From assembly GCA_043803405.1 (NCBI GenBank), contig JAZDKB010000009.1, positions 128,001 to 192,000 of the forward strand: DNA of 64,000 nt, given 5' to 3'. Position numbers and translations under genes: made by a program. The notes under the pieces were generated by a model, which was given only the letters and a program-made list of their open reading frames with translations, searched no databases and was not told where the DNA came from. This document shows, piece by piece, positions 10,882 to 21,581 of this stretch. This stretch comes from Spirochaetota bacterium (lineage in GTDB: Bacteria > Spirochaetota > UBA4802 > JAFGDQ01). Every line of letters starts with the position of its first letter. Positions within the stretch are counted from its first letter, which is position 1.

Positions 10882-11462
10882 AATTTATAAAGCTCCTTTT
10901 TGATTATATATTTTCCCACGTCCGGCGGCACCAGATATCTGATCGATTTACCATTTCTTATGTTGCTTCTGATCCCGGAGGAACTTATCTCGATTAGTGG
11001 ATTATTAATTAATTTTACATCTTTTGCCTTTCTCATAATTTTTGTATTAATCTGATCGTACCCGGGCCGCTCCATAATAATAAAGGAAAGCATCTGCAAT
11101 AATTGATCAGCATTTTTCCATGTATCTACTTCATTAAAGGCGTCCGTTCCAATTAACAAGAATAATTCGGAATTCTTATAAATTGTAAATAATTGTTTTA
11201 TCGTAGTAATAAAATATGATTCGTCCGGCCTGTCTAACTCGATCCTTGAGGCCTCGAAATAAGGATTTTCCGATACAGCAAGCTCCACCATTTTAAATCT
11301 GTCATCTGAGGAAATATTGCCCTCGAGTACTTTATGAACCGGATGTCTGGAAGGAATAAACAGGACTTTGTCGAGCTGGAAAGCCTCTCTGATTATCTCG
11401 GCGTTTATTAAATGTCCATAATGTACAGGATTGAATGTACCGCCTAATAGTCCGATTTTCAA
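10878..11462 (-). CDS. nadD: Nicotinate-nucleotide adenylyltransferase
   Basis: 'GGTFNPVHYGH', 'ISSSGIR'. Confidence 0.95.
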   Translation of the reverse strand: MKIGLLGGTFNPVHYGHLINAEIIREAFQLDKVLFIPSRHPVHKVLEGNISSDDRFKMVELAVSENPYFEASRIELDRPDESYFITTIKQLFTIYKNSELFLLIGTDAFNEVDTWKNADQLLQMLSFIIMERPGYDQINTKIMRKAKDVKLINNPLIEISSSGIRSNIRNGKSIRYLVPPDVGKYIIKKELYKF

Positions 11463-12721
11463 TTTCTTATCTGGCCGCTCCCGTATATTACATATTTCAG
11501 GCAGGTTAAGCCCATTATACCCATGGTCCCGCGCGCATGGAGTTTCTGCGTGGAAATCCCGATCTCAGCTCCAAGCCCGAACTCGCCTCCATCATGAAAC
11601 CTTGTAGAAGAGTTTACAAATACTGCGGAAGAGTCAACTTTTTTCAGATAGTTTTCCGCGTTCTCATAGTCTGCTGTTACAATCGCTTCGGAATGATTGG
11701 ACCCGTACCTGTGTATATGATTTATTGCTTCTTCCATTGAATCTACTATTCTGACAGCCAATATCAAATCAAGATATTCTTCGTGCCAATCCGCTTCCGA
11801 AGCTTTTTTTACTTTTTCGGGCAATATGGCTAAAGTCCTATCGCATCCCCTGATCTCTACTCCCTTGTCGATAAGCGCTTTTAGCAGCCGCTTTGTTTCC
11901 GGAAAATCTTTATGAATCAGCAGGGTTTCCATCGCGTTGCAGACACCCGGCCTCTGGACTTTAGCATTAACTGAAATATTTATTGCCATCTCGGGTTCCG
12001 CGCTTTTGTCAATAAACGTATGACATACGCCTTTATCATGTTTAATAACAGGAATACGCGATTCTGCACTGACCATTTTTATGAGGCTTTCGCCGCCTCT
12101 TGGAATAACGATATCGATATACCCACTCATTTTAAGCAGCTGGATTACTGCTTCGTGCTCTGTTCTGTCAATAAAAGACACAGCCCCTACAGGGCACACG
12201 GATTTTTTAAGAACTTCATTGATAACGGAATAAAGGGCTTTGTTTGAAAATATCGATTCTTTACCGCCGCGGAGTATTGCTGCGTTTCCGGACTTTATTG
12301 CGAGAGCTGCAATATCCGTAGTTACATTAGGCCTGGATTCATATATCACTGCCACAACACCGATCGGGACTCTCATCTGCCCTACCCTGATGCCCGACGG
12401 CCTTACGCTCATAGATTCGATCCTGCCAACCGGATCTTCCAGCCTGGCAATATCTTCAATTGATGCTGCCATTCCGTTAAGCCTGTCGCTGTTCAGCAAA
12501 AGCCTGTCACGGACAGCTTTTGAAAGACCGGCTTTATCGGCCTCCGAAAGGTCTTTCTTATTTTCATCAGCGATAAAACCGGATTTCTCACGGATAGCCG
12601 CAGCAATATCATATAAAATTTTATTTTTTTCGTTTGTCGACAGGTTGGCAATTACTCTGGAAGCATTTTTGGCTTCTTCGCAAATACTGCCGATATATTC
12701 TGTAATATCCTTTTCAATCAT
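11459..12721 (-). CDS. proA: Glutamate-5-semialdehyde dehydrogenase
   Basis: 'IYESRPNVT', 'CNAMETLL', 'AEIGISTQKLHARG'. Confidence 0.95.
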   Translation of the reverse strand: MIEKDITEYIGSICEEAKNASRVIANLSTNEKNKILYDIAAAIREKSGFIADENKKDLSEADKAGLSKAVRDRLLLNSDRLNGMAASIEDIARLEDPVGRIESMSVRPSGIRVGQMRVPIGVVAVIYESRPNVTTDIAALAIKSGNAAILRGGKESIFSNKALYSVINEVLKKSVCPVGAVSFIDRTEHEAVIQLLKMSGYIDIVIPRGGESLIKMVSAESRIPVIKHDKGVCHTFIDKSAEPEMAINISVNAKVQRPGVCNAMETLLIHKDFPETKRLLKALIDKGVEIRGCDRTLAILPEKVKKASEADWHEEYLDLILAVRIVDSMEEAINHIHRYGSNHSEAIVTADYENAENYLKKVDSSAVFVNSSTRFHDGGEFGLGAEIGISTQKLHARGTMGIMGLTCLKYVIYGSGQIRN

Positions 12722-12755
12722 AATAACTAATGTGAATCTTTCCTTAAATCAGCTG

Positions 12756-12932
12756 TCAAGCTTTCCCTTTTTTATCTTTCTTATCATCTTCGGTATTTTC
12801 ACCGCTGATGCTTTTTTTAAACTCCCTGATTCCGCCGCCGATATCTTTGGCTATCTTAGGGATTTTACCTGCTCCGAACAAAAGAAGAACGATAAAAAAT
12901 ATAATTACTAATTCTCCCATTCCAAGTCCCAT
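12756..12932 (-). CDS. tatA: Twin-arginine translocase subunit TatA/E (58 aa, absent from ORF track)
   Basis: Manual translation MGLGMGELVIIFFIVLLLFGAGKIPKIAKDIGGGIREFKKSISGENTEDDKKDKKGKA; GGAGG RBS at 12939-12943. Confidence 0.92.
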   Translation of the reverse strand: MGLGMGELVIIFFIVLLLFGAGKIPKIAKDIGGGIREFKKSISGENTEDDKKDKKGKA

Positions 12933-13008
12933 AATTTACCTCCAGATGATGCTTATTCGATATAAACAGTTTTTTTATTCGTTTGTCAAATACAATAAAT
13001 GATCCGGG

Positions 13009-14016
13009 CTACATCTTTTGTGCCAACAGTTCCGCGATCTGAACAGCATTAAGCGCCGCACCCTTCCGAAGCTGGTCACCCGAGATAAAGAAATTCAGCC
13101 CGTTATCGCAGGAAACATCCTTGCGGATCCTTCCGACGTAACAATCGTCTTTTCCTGCCGCAAATAGCGGCATAGGGTACTTGCTGTTCGCTACATCATC
13201 AAATACCTGCAGCCCTGGCGCTTTCGAAAAAAGCTCCCTTGCCTTTTCAGGGGAAACCGGTTTTTCGGTTTCAATTGTAACAGCTTCCGAGTGCGCAGTA
13301 AACACAGGCACCCTTACGCAGGTAGCAGTTACTTTTATTGAAGTGTCACCCATTATCTTTTGCGTCTCATTATACATTTTCATCTCTTCTTTAGTGTATC
13401 CGTTATCCAGAAAGACATCGATATGCGGTATCAGGTTATAAAGGAGCTGATGCTTAAAGAACTCAACCTTTATTTCATGCCCTGCCGCCCACGCACGCGC
13501 CTGGTTCTCAAGCTCGTACATGCCTTTGGCGCCCGCACCGGAAGCAGACTGATAAGATGATACGACGACTCTGCTTATTCTACTGTGATCGTGAATGGGC
13601 TTTAGCGCAACAACCATTATTATTGTAGTGCAGTTCGGATTAGCAATAATCCCTTTATGTTTAAACGCATCGTCCGGATTAACTTCCGGAACAACAAGAG
13701 GAACGTCTTTTTCCATTCTAAAGGCGGAACTGTTGTCAATAACAACTGTGCCGTCAAGTACGGCAGAAGGTACGAATTCCCTGCTTATTGAAGCTCCGGC
13801 AGAAAAAAGAGCTATGTTTATATTTTTAAAGCTGGTATGTTTCAGTTCTTCTACTTTGTAAGATTTATGATTAAAGGTGTATTCCTTTCCGGCAGATCTT
13901 TTTGATGCCAGCAACACAAGTTTATCCACCGGGAAGTTACGCTGTTCAAGAATTTTAAGCATCGTTTCGCCGACAGCGCCGGTCGCACCAGCTATTGCCA
14001 CATTATATTTTTTCAT
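13009..14016 (-). CDS. asd: Aspartate-semialdehyde dehydrogenase
   Basis: 'GATGAVG', 'IANPNCTT', 'DQLRKGAALNAVQIAE'. Confidence 0.95.
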   Translation of the reverse strand: MKKYNVAIAGATGAVGETMLKILEQRNFPVDKLVLLASKRSAGKEYTFNHKSYKVEELKHTSFKNINIALFSAGASISREFVPSAVLDGTVVIDNSSAFRMEKDVPLVVPEVNPDDAFKHKGIIANPNCTTIIMVVALKPIHDHSRISRVVVSSYQSASGAGAKGMYELENQARAWAAGHEIKVEFFKHQLLYNLIPHIDVFLDNGYTKEEMKMYNETQKIMGDTSIKVTATCVRVPVFTAHSEAVTIETEKPVSPEKARELFSKAPGLQVFDDVANSKYPMPLFAAGKDDCYVGRIRKDVSCDNGLNFFISGDQLRKGAALNAVQIAELLAQKM

Positions 14017-14111
14017 AGCTCCTCTTAATTTAATTATTTCGCTTTGTTGAATACATACCTTAAAAAAATAATTTGACTCTTTTGCAACAAAAAAATTTTT
14101 AAAATATATTT

Positions 14112-15215
14112 TTATTTAAAATTTTGAATTATATTCTCAACATTGTCGAGGAGAGCCTTAACAGCATCGGCAGCCTTTATTGTTTTCAGTTTTTTTCCTT
14201 TGGAGAAAAGCAGCATTTTCCCCTTTCTTCCTCCGGCTATGCCTATATCCGCGTGAGCCGCTTCCCCCGGGCCGTTTACCTCGCAGCCCATAACCGCAAT
14301 TGTTAAGCTGATATTTTTCTCCTTAAGCGCATTACCGAATTTTGCGTTTAATTCAGTTTCGACGCTTTGCGCAAGGGAAAGAATATCGAGTGAAGGATCG
14401 GTTCTCCCGCAGGTGGGGCACGATATTATACGCAAAACAGGCTTTCGCTCGCCCACAGACTCCAGTATCTTCTTTGCAACAACGATCTCATCCGCAGGAT
14501 CGCCTGTCATACTGACGCGTATTGTGTCGCCAATACCGTTAAGAAGCAAATGACCTATCGTTATTGAACTCTGAACAGCGCACGACATCCCGTAACCCGC
14601 CTCTGTAAGCCCAAGATGCAGCGGATAATTCCTTACGGAGGAAAAAAGCTCATTTGCCTCAATCGTCTGAAAAATATCCGAGGATTTTATGGACACAACA
14701 ATATCGAAAAAATCATTATCCTCCAGAATTTTTATGTGCTCCATGGCAGAATCAACCAGGCTTTGCGGAGAAACGCTGCCGTACTTTTTTGTATCCACAG
14801 AACCGCTGTTTACGCCCACACGTATGGGCACCGAGTAATCCTTTGCGGCCTTCAGCACCTCCCTCACTTTATCCGCGCTGCCGATATTCCCCGGATTTAT
14901 CCTCACCTTGTCAATGCCGGCCTCGATCGACTTAATCGCTATCCTGTAATTAAAGTGCACATCCGCGGAAAGCGGCGTATCCACGGCTTTCCGTATTTTT
15001 TTAAGATATTTAATCGACTCTTCGTTTCGTACAGCAAGCCTCATAAGACCGGCTCCCTCATCTGTCAATTTTCGTATTTGTTTTATTGTGCCTTCAACAT
15101 CCTCTATAGGAACATTTGTCATAGACTGAATTGACACAGGAGCATCTCCGCCTATTCCAAGGCCGCGCACCACAACTTTTCTTGTTTGTTTTCTGTTTTG
15201 TCTTAAATTGTCCAT
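14112..15215 (-). CDS. ispG: (E)-4-hydroxy-3-methylbut-2-enyl diphosphate synthase
   Basis: 'IQSMTN', 'RINPGNIG', 'SCPTCGR', 'MGCEVNGPGEA'. Confidence 0.95.
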   Translation of the reverse strand: MDNLRQNRKQTRKVVVRGLGIGGDAPVSIQSMTNVPIEDVEGTIKQIRKLTDEGAGLMRLAVRNEESIKYLKKIRKAVDTPLSADVHFNYRIAIKSIEAGIDKVRINPGNIGSADKVREVLKAAKDYSVPIRVGVNSGSVDTKKYGSVSPQSLVDSAMEHIKILEDNDFFDIVVSIKSSDIFQTIEANELFSSVRNYPLHLGLTEAGYGMSCAVQSSITIGHLLLNGIGDTIRVSMTGDPADEIVVAKKILESVGERKPVLRIISCPTCGRTDPSLDILSLAQSVETELNAKFGNALKEKNISLTIAVMGCEVNGPGEAAHADIGIAGGRKGKMLLFSKGKKLKTIKAADAVKALLDNVENIIQNFK

Positions 15216-15517
15216 GCTGCTAATTACTTTCTAAATTAATAACTCATGCGTAATCGTTAACTATTTTCCCGTCGAGCAACCGGGGGAAATCCTGTTGTTA
15301 ACCAGGAACTAAATAGCACCTATTAAAGCATAAAATCAAGTAAATAAATTTTATTAGTTAATGTATAAGCGTATAGGAACTGGAAAAATTTATTATTTTA
15401 GCTTAAAATTAAATACTTTTTCATAGATATATTATATCTTGACAAAAAATCTGATTCGATTTATCGGGATTGTTAAAAAAGCAGAATATCAATTGAATAT
15501 TATTTATAGAGGATCTT

Positions 15518-16039
15518 GTGAAAAAAATTTTTGTATTATTTGTGTTTGCTTTGCTGATTTCAGCATGCAATAAAAGCTCCAGCGATTCCAGCGATACAAG
15601 CTTTAGGATGAAACCAAATACACTTACTAAGTTTGATTCGCCTGTGCCGGGGACTGAAATGAACTATAGTACAACTCTTGGAAGTGGAAATTATGCAATT
15701 ATATATAACGGAACTATCAATAATGAGAATTATGTTGGGATTTCTTTGAGTAATAATCCTGATCCTGAAGGAACAGAAAGTTTTAATTTAAAAATTTATT
15801 TTCAAAGCTCCACAATTCCTTCTAGTTTTGCGCTTACAACTACCAATTGTTCAATTACATATAAAACTGGAAGTAATACTTATACAGTGCTTTCAGGAGG
15901 GCCACTAACTTTAAATTTCGCATCAGCTCCGGCAACAAATACTACATATACTATATATACTATTACTTCAAGTGGTTCAATTAGTGTAGGAGGAAATGCA
16001 TTATCTTCTTTAAATATTAATGCAGTTAAAGCTAATTAA
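15518..16039 (+). CDS. Putative lipoprotein
   Basis: GTG start with GAGG RBS; lipobox 'LISAC'; Ser/Thr-rich beta sequence. Confidence 0.75.
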   Translation: MKKIFVLFVFALLISACNKSSSDSSDTSFRMKPNTLTKFDSPVPGTEMNYSTTLGSGNYAIIYNGTINNENYVGISLSNNPDPEGTESFNLKIYFQSSTIPSSFALTTTNCSITYKTGSNTYTVLSGGPLTLNFASAPATNTTYTIYTITSSGSISVGGNALSSLNINAVKAN

Positions 16040-16096
16040 TTTTTTAAAATAAAAAATAATTTTTCAATTTTAGTTTAATTAAAATCTAAAATTATA

Positions 16097-16705
16097 TTAA
16101 TACTCGCTATATATCGACTTGTTCACGCCCCAAAGCGTAAAGCGCACGCCTATGAGCGCCTGAAAGCCCATAATGTTATCATCCTTTAAATCATTGAAGA
16201 AATACGTCTTGTGAACACCTAAATCAATATACCCGCTTATGCCTTGCGTGAACATGTAAAGTATTCCTGTCCATGCTGCAACGCAAAGGCCTGTATCGCT
16301 CTTATCGGTTAAGTATTCATTGCGAAATGTTGTAGTGTTCCAGCCATAATCTTCTTTTATGCTCACCTTGCCTGCGCCGACTCCAGCCGAATTTTTCCAG
16401 AAAAGCGGCAATTTTTTTATATTGTAAAGATATTCAACCCCTGCAATTCCCATAAAATATTTATATTCATTATTTTTCGTTGTAGCCTCATCTTCAATTT
16501 TCCGTTGATTATAAATTCCTTTAGCAAAAATATTGAAATCATCGGCAACCTGGTAAAGTAGCGCGCCTCCGCCACCGACCTGGTTTTTAGCGTCCATTGT
16601 CTGGGTAAAAGCCCCGGCGCCATCCAGGGAGATATTGCCCATCGCAAATGATTCAGTGCAAAATAATAAAAAAATAAAAATTCCCGGAATACTTTTTAAT
16701 CTCAT
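16097..16705 (-). CDS. Outer-membrane beta-barrel protein
   Basis: Signal peptide; alternating Gly/aromatic beta-strands; 'LIGVRFTL' near the C-terminus. Confidence 0.7.
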   Translation of the reverse strand: MRLKSIPGIFIFLLFCTESFAMGNISLDGAGAFTQTMDAKNQVGGGGALLYQVADDFNIFAKGIYNQRKIEDEATTKNNEYKYFMGIAGVEYLYNIKKLPLFWKNSAGVGAGKVSIKEDYGWNTTTFRNEYLTDKSDTGLCVAAWTGILYMFTQGISGYIDLGVHKTYFFNDLKDDNIMGFQALIGVRFTLWGVNKSIYSEY

Positions 16706-16846
16706 GGAGGCATCTCCCCTTAATTTGATCTGTGATTTAATTTGCTAAATATTATAAATATTATTTTAAATAATGTCAAATACAATTAGTTAGTCAACCT
16801 GACTTACTTTTATACCGGTTGTCCGCAGGCATTAAAATTATATCTT

Positions 16847-18268
16847 TTATTTTGAACTCTTTGCGTTCCAGTATAAATAAAAAGGAATACCGGCAGCCAT
16901 AAGCATTGCACCAAGCAATGCTTCACGGGTATTGGTAAAGAATGAAATGACAACAAGAACAAGACAGAATAAAATAAAAAAAGCAGGAATAACAGGGTAC
17001 CCCCAGACTTTATATGATCTTTCAAGATGAGGCTCTTTTACGCGCATAATAAAAACACCCAATGTGGTTGCCCCGTAAAAGAAAAAAGCAGCAAAAACAA
17101 GCATATCTGTCAGCTGGTCAAATCCACCGGAAACAACAAGAAGAGATGCCCAGACTGCCTGTATCCATAATGCATAATTTGGACTATTGTATTCCGGATG
17201 AATTTCCGCTGCTTTTGAAAAGAATAACCCGTCTTTGGCCATGGCGTAATATATTCTGGGCGGCATAAGGATAGTGCTGTTGGTACAGCCGAAAGCTGTG
17301 ATAAGTATCAAAAAGCTTAACATCATCACACCGGTTCCGCCTGCAAAACTGCTGACTACTGTTACTGCCGCAATTGCGTTCTGGGATTTATGAACTTCCA
17401 CTAAACTGTCTATTGGAAGGACAAATAAATAAGTAAAATTTACAAGCAGATAAACTGTTATTACAATAGCCATTCCGCCAAACAGAGCCAGCGGTAAATT
17501 TTTCTTTGAGTTTTTAATTTCTCCGCCTAAAAATCCTACGCTGTTCCATCCTTCGTAAGCCCAGAAAGCAGCAAGCATAGCTGCAAACATGGCTTTTATC
17601 AGACCAAAATCGTACCAGCTTTTCTGTACATACAAGGATGAATTGTGCGTAATGCCGGAAATATTTCCTCCGCCGAAAAACAAGCCAGAGATCACTATAA
17701 TCGCGAGTCCGGCAAGGATCAGCCTGGTAATGGAATTACTGAGCGAAGAACCCAGTTTTAATCCCCTGGTATTAATAAATGTTAATCCCACAATTAAAAG
17801 GATTGTTAATAATTTTACGCCAAAGTTCTCAAATGGTTTAAATGCGTTAAGGAATTCCATCTGTTCCAGGGACAGCGGCAGATGAGGCAAGGGAACAATT
17901 GAATTTAACGAGTGTGAAAAAAGGTAGGCAATTGAAGCGACTGCCGACGACTTAATTACTGTAAATACGCTCCACCCGTAAAGAAACGCCATAAACCGGC
18001 CGTAAATACGTTTAAAATATACGTATTCTCCTCCGGAATCCGCCAGCATGCCTGCTATTTCCGCGTTGCTTAATGCTCCAAAAAGCGATATTACTCCGGC
18101 TAACAGCCAGCAAAGCAAAACCAAAGAGGGTGACAGGAGTTCGGCCGACATTGGCGCTACTTTCTTATATACTCCGGAGCCAATAATAGAACTTACTACA
18201 AGTATTATGCTTGCTCCAAGTGTTAATGACTGTTTTAGTTCTCCTTGTTGTTTTGGCGTATTTCCCAT
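16847..18268 (-). CDS. APC family amino acid permease
   Basis: 'IIGSGVY', 'FWAYEGW', about 12 hydrophobic segments. Confidence 0.92.
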   Translation of the reverse strand: MGNTPKQQGELKQSLTLGASIILVVSSIIGSGVYKKVAPMSAELLSPSLVLLCWLLAGVISLFGALSNAEIAGMLADSGGEYVYFKRIYGRFMAFLYGWSVFTVIKSSAVASIAYLFSHSLNSIVPLPHLPLSLEQMEFLNAFKPFENFGVKLLTILLIVGLTFINTRGLKLGSSLSNSITRLILAGLAIIVISGLFFGGGNISGITHNSSLYVQKSWYDFGLIKAMFAAMLAAFWAYEGWNSVGFLGGEIKNSKKNLPLALFGGMAIVITVYLLVNFTYLFVLPIDSLVEVHKSQNAIAAVTVVSSFAGGTGVMMLSFLILITAFGCTNSTILMPPRIYYAMAKDGLFFSKAAEIHPEYNSPNYALWIQAVWASLLVVSGGFDQLTDMLVFAAFFFYGATTLGVFIMRVKEPHLERSYKVWGYPVIPAFFILFCLVLVVISFFTNTREALLGAMLMAAGIPFYLYWNAKSSK

Positions 18269-18542
18269 TATTATTCCAGTTGATAGCCGCGGTATTTCTA
18301 TATATGATATTATCCTGACGGATATTTTATTCTATATTTATAAATATTTTATTTTGCAAAAAATATCATAATGGCAGGAAGACATTGCGTAAACGGATCT
18401 GCAGAACACCATTCAAGCTAAGCCAACCATGTATCTGAATAGAATTTTCTTTCCCATGGCTCCCCACAAATCTGTATTATCTAATATCTTTGCTGTATTT
18501 GACCATATAACTTCTCCATTTTTTAAGTCGATTTAAACAATA

Positions 18543-19289
18543 TTAATTATTAAAAAGAAGTGGTAATTTAAAATTAACTTGTTTTTCCCCTTTATCAAAT
18601 TCGCGACCTTCTATTATCATAATTGTTTTACCATTTTTTTCTAATCGACCGATTGTAAATTTATACTGTTTTGCTTTAAAAGACTGTATATCTTTTAAAG
18701 CATTTAAATCTATATCTTTTGGTTCTTCAAATTTCCATTTATATCCTTTCCATTTACTTAAAAAACCGTTATTTTCATCAGTGATGTTTAATGTTTCTGA
18801 AAATAATAATTTATGCTCACCAACTATTATGATATTTTTAGTAATATCGATCTTGATGGCTTTAAGTAATGCTAATTTTCCTTCTGCTTCAAATTGAATA
18901 AAATCCCCCTTCTTTTTTATTATTATTTCTGCTTTTCCTGTTGATGCCAATTCTATATTTTTAGAATATTTGAAAAATTCTGTATGTTCTTCTTTAGTTA
19001 TTCCGAGGTTTGGATGATAAGGCATTGGTTTTCCTTCAGGAATAGTCTTCATATAGTTCACAAACCACTGGTAATTTTTCCGTATTCCAACTTGAATTTT
19101 TTTTGCCAGTTCTTCTTGACGTTTATTTATTTTAGTCTCCATTATATCAGCAATTATTTTCCCTCCAGGTATAAGGATATTTACGTCTTTCTTTACATCA
19201 CCAGTTAGTTCTCTTAGGTTATTTGCTTGAGCTAAACTACAAATTACCAGCAAGTATAAAATAACAGCAATGCTAACGATTCGATTCAT
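18543..19289 (-). CDS. Exported hypothetical protein (gene cassette)
   Basis: Signal peptide, 'PMPYHPNLGITKEEH'; lies just after the R' end of the attC at 19319. Confidence 0.75.
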   Translation of the reverse strand: MNRIVSIAVILYLLVICSLAQANNLRELTGDVKKDVNILIPGGKIIADIMETKINKRQEELAKKIQVGIRKNYQWFVNYMKTIPEGKPMPYHPNLGITKEEHTEFFKYSKNIELASTGKAEIIIKKKGDFIQFEAEGKLALLKAIKIDITKNIIIVGEHKLLFSETLNITDENNGFLSKWKGYKWKFEEPKDIDLNALKDIQSFKAKQYKFTIGRLEKNGKTIMIIEGREFDKGEKQVNFKLPLLFNN

Positions 19290-19318
19290 ATATTTTCCTT
19301 ATTAAACTTATGATTTGA

Positions 19319-19429
19319 CCTTAACAATGAGAAAGTACAAGCATTCAATAAAATTCACGCAGAGGGCAAAGGTACATGCTCCACTGAGACAAATACGCCG
19401 CTTTGTCATACTGCAAGCCGATGTTAGGT
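19319..19429 (-). mobile_element. Integron attC recombination site
   Basis: Minus strand ACCTAAC-atcggc-TTGCAG...CTTGTA-ctttctcatt-GTTAAGG; R'' fits RYYYAAC and R' fits GTTRRR; starts 24 nt after the upstream gene's stop. Confidence 0.65.
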
Positions 19430-19453
19430 AAATGTTTAGCCCAAGCTTTTTGC

Positions 19454-20653
19454 TTATGGATTATTGAAATTTATAACCTCACCTGTATTTTTGTAACCGA
19501 TTAAGCATGAATCAGATGAAAGAACAATTCCACTAGCTTTGTTACGATTTAACTTATTTGTCCCTTCTATTAGAACAAAATTATTGGTAATCCCAGGATC
19601 TATTACTTTGATGAGATAAAAATCATTGAATTCAAATTTAAAACTATTATTTGTAATGAACATTTTTCCGGTTGACAGATAGGCAGACTCAGAATTTTTA
19701 CTCCAACAACAAAATAAAGCTACATCACAGTCTTTTACAATTTTACATAACTTAATACCACTTTTGGCTGCTGCTTTTATCTTTAAAGTAGAAATATTCT
19801 TCCCGGGGAAAGTTTTTAAAATCTCACATTCATAAATGATATTATTTTTATCTATTGCGTCTATCTTTACAATAGATTTTAGCTCATCAGTAAAACAAAT
19901 AATCAGTCCAGCATCCCTCACTAGTAAGCCATATATAGTATGATTTGTTGGCTTATATACATCAGGATAAAGATACTGAGAAACGTCTTTTTCTGAAATT
20001 GGTTTTATATGTTGTATATAATTAATCGTTACAATTGAATCTATGTAATTTTTAATTACATCATTTCCGATAGATAATTTTCTTTCTTCGGTTATAATCT
20101 CAAAAGAATCTAAAAGATCATTATAAAATTTAATATACTTGTTATACTCGTTTATGTCGCTGGAAGCGAGAGTAATTACAAATATTGATTTATTAGTTCC
20201 AATAAAGCATACTCTTTCTGTTTTATTATATGGCATATTTGTAAATTCATAAATTTGTCCTTTATATTTATTCTTTATAAATATGTCGTTTAATTTTTTA
20301 GCTTCAACTTTCTCAGTTTTACTTTTATAGTCCTTAATATCTCTTTCGATAAAACCTTGCAAACCACCATTTTCATTTTCAATTGAGTAGATAGAAGAAT
20401 ATATATAAGTAAAAAGTTTGTTGTTTTCATTGCCTTTTGGATAAATAAAAAATGGTACTCTGTTTCTTTTAGCAGTTACTTTATCCAGATACCAACCTTT
20501 ATCTGGTTTTAATGAATACATAACTGGGCCGGAATAAGGTGTCGCCGTAAAATTTCCAGTTTCTTCTTCGTTAATAGTTTCCGAATTAGCAGCAGTAATA
20601 GAAAATATGAAATTTAAGATCAGAAGCAATTTTATTAGTTTTAAATTCTGCAT
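19454..20653 (-). CDS. Exported hypothetical protein (gene cassette)
   Basis: Signal peptide, very AT-rich, bounded by attC sites on both sides. Confidence 0.75.
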   Translation of the reverse strand: MQNLKLIKLLLILNFIFSITAANSETINEEETGNFTATPYSGPVMYSLKPDKGWYLDKVTAKRNRVPFFIYPKGNENNKLFTYIYSSIYSIENENGGLQGFIERDIKDYKSKTEKVEAKKLNDIFIKNKYKGQIYEFTNMPYNKTERVCFIGTNKSIFVITLASSDINEYNKYIKFYNDLLDSFEIITEERKLSIGNDVIKNYIDSIVTINYIQHIKPISEKDVSQYLYPDVYKPTNHTIYGLLVRDAGLIICFTDELKSIVKIDAIDKNNIIYECEILKTFPGKNISTLKIKAAAKSGIKLCKIVKDCDVALFCCWSKNSESAYLSTGKMFITNNSFKFEFNDFYLIKVIDPGITNNFVLIEGTNKLNRNKASGIVLSSDSCLIGYKNTGEVINFNNP

Positions 20654-20693
20654 TAAAACTCCAATCTCTTTTATAATAAAATATATATTTTTA

Positions 20694-20824
20694 ACTTAAC
20701 GACGGGCTAAGTTGTTTTTACGGGTGACAGCAATGGCATTAAAAACTCGCTGATATTAAAACAGCAACCACATACTGAAACAGTGAAAGCGCGAGTAAAA
20801 ACCAGGCTTGAGACCATGTTAAGC
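20694..20824 (-). mobile_element. Integron attC recombination site
   Basis: Immediately after a TAG stop: GCTTAAC-atggt-CTCAAG-cctgg-TTTTTAC...GTAAAAA-caa-CTTAG-cccgtc-GTTAAGT. Canonical R''/L''/L'/R' with an unpaired extra base in L''. Confidence 0.85.
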
Positions 20825-21562
20825 CTATTTATTTTTTTGGTTAAATGGAATAAATTTTTCTTTATTTGTAAGCTCAAATTTTGATTTATTTGAATTCCAT
20901 TGGAATAAAATTTTTTCAAATTCTTTCATTCCAATATTATCTAAAGTATTGGAAATATTTATAAAATCTCTATCTTGATAAATTCTGTTTGCAAAATGTA
21001 AACATTTGTCACATACTTGTACCGTTATATTTAATCCTTCTCTTGGTAATTTGTAGTAAAAATTATCTAATTTAAAAGTACTTGCTATCTCTCTTCTTAT
21101 TTTATAGAAATTATTTTGTTTGCTATTAGAATAAAATTCTTCAATAGGTAGTATTGGAATTTTATTTAGAGTTATATCGTACCATTGTTTTCCATTAAAT
21201 GTATATATCCCAAATTGTAATGTGCTTGTGAACCCTTCACCTTGATCATATATGTTTATAGCTATAAAATGGTTATTTTTTTTATCAATAAAAAGAGCAA
21301 GTTCAGTTACATAAGAACTTGCTCCAGTTCCGCCATCCTTAATTTCAATAAAACCGTTTTTTATATCTACCGTAGCATAATCCTCATAGCCCATAGTTGT
21401 TTTAAATTTATATTTTGAATCTTTTAAAAAAATAGGATAATATCGTTGTTTAATTATCGATTCCGCATTTTTATAGTAATCCAGGATTGTAAACTTGCTT
21501 AAATCATCTGCATGTACATTAATTGCGGTAGTAATAAATAATAAAAATAATATTTTTTTCAT
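20825..21562 (-). CDS. Exported hypothetical protein (gene cassette)
   Basis: Start MKKILFLLF with GGAG RBS; 'VDIKNGFIEI', 'YKLPREG'. Confidence 0.75.
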   Translation of the reverse strand: MKKILFLLFITTAINVHADDLSKFTILDYYKNAESIIKQRYYPIFLKDSKYKFKTTMGYEDYATVDIKNGFIEIKDGGTGASSYVTELALFIDKKNNHFIAINIYDQGEGFTSTLQFGIYTFNGKQWYDITLNKIPILPIEEFYSNSKQNNFYKIRREIASTFKLDNFYYKLPREGLNITVQVCDKCLHFANRIYQDRDFINISNTLDNIGMKEFEKILFQWNSNKSKFELTNKEKFIPFNQKNK

Positions 21563-21581
21563 TACAATCTCCAAAAGACAG

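Noticed and set aside
12240..12911. 223-aa plus-strand ORF and similar long ORFs (14616, 45932, 48722, 61213, 62395, etc.)
   Set aside because: Antisense shadows of well-supported genes.
18371..18535. Gene fragment or attC after the last cassette
   Set aside because: Only a short minus-strand open stretch (IDLKNGEVIWSN...) with no start and no attC boxes; insufficient support.
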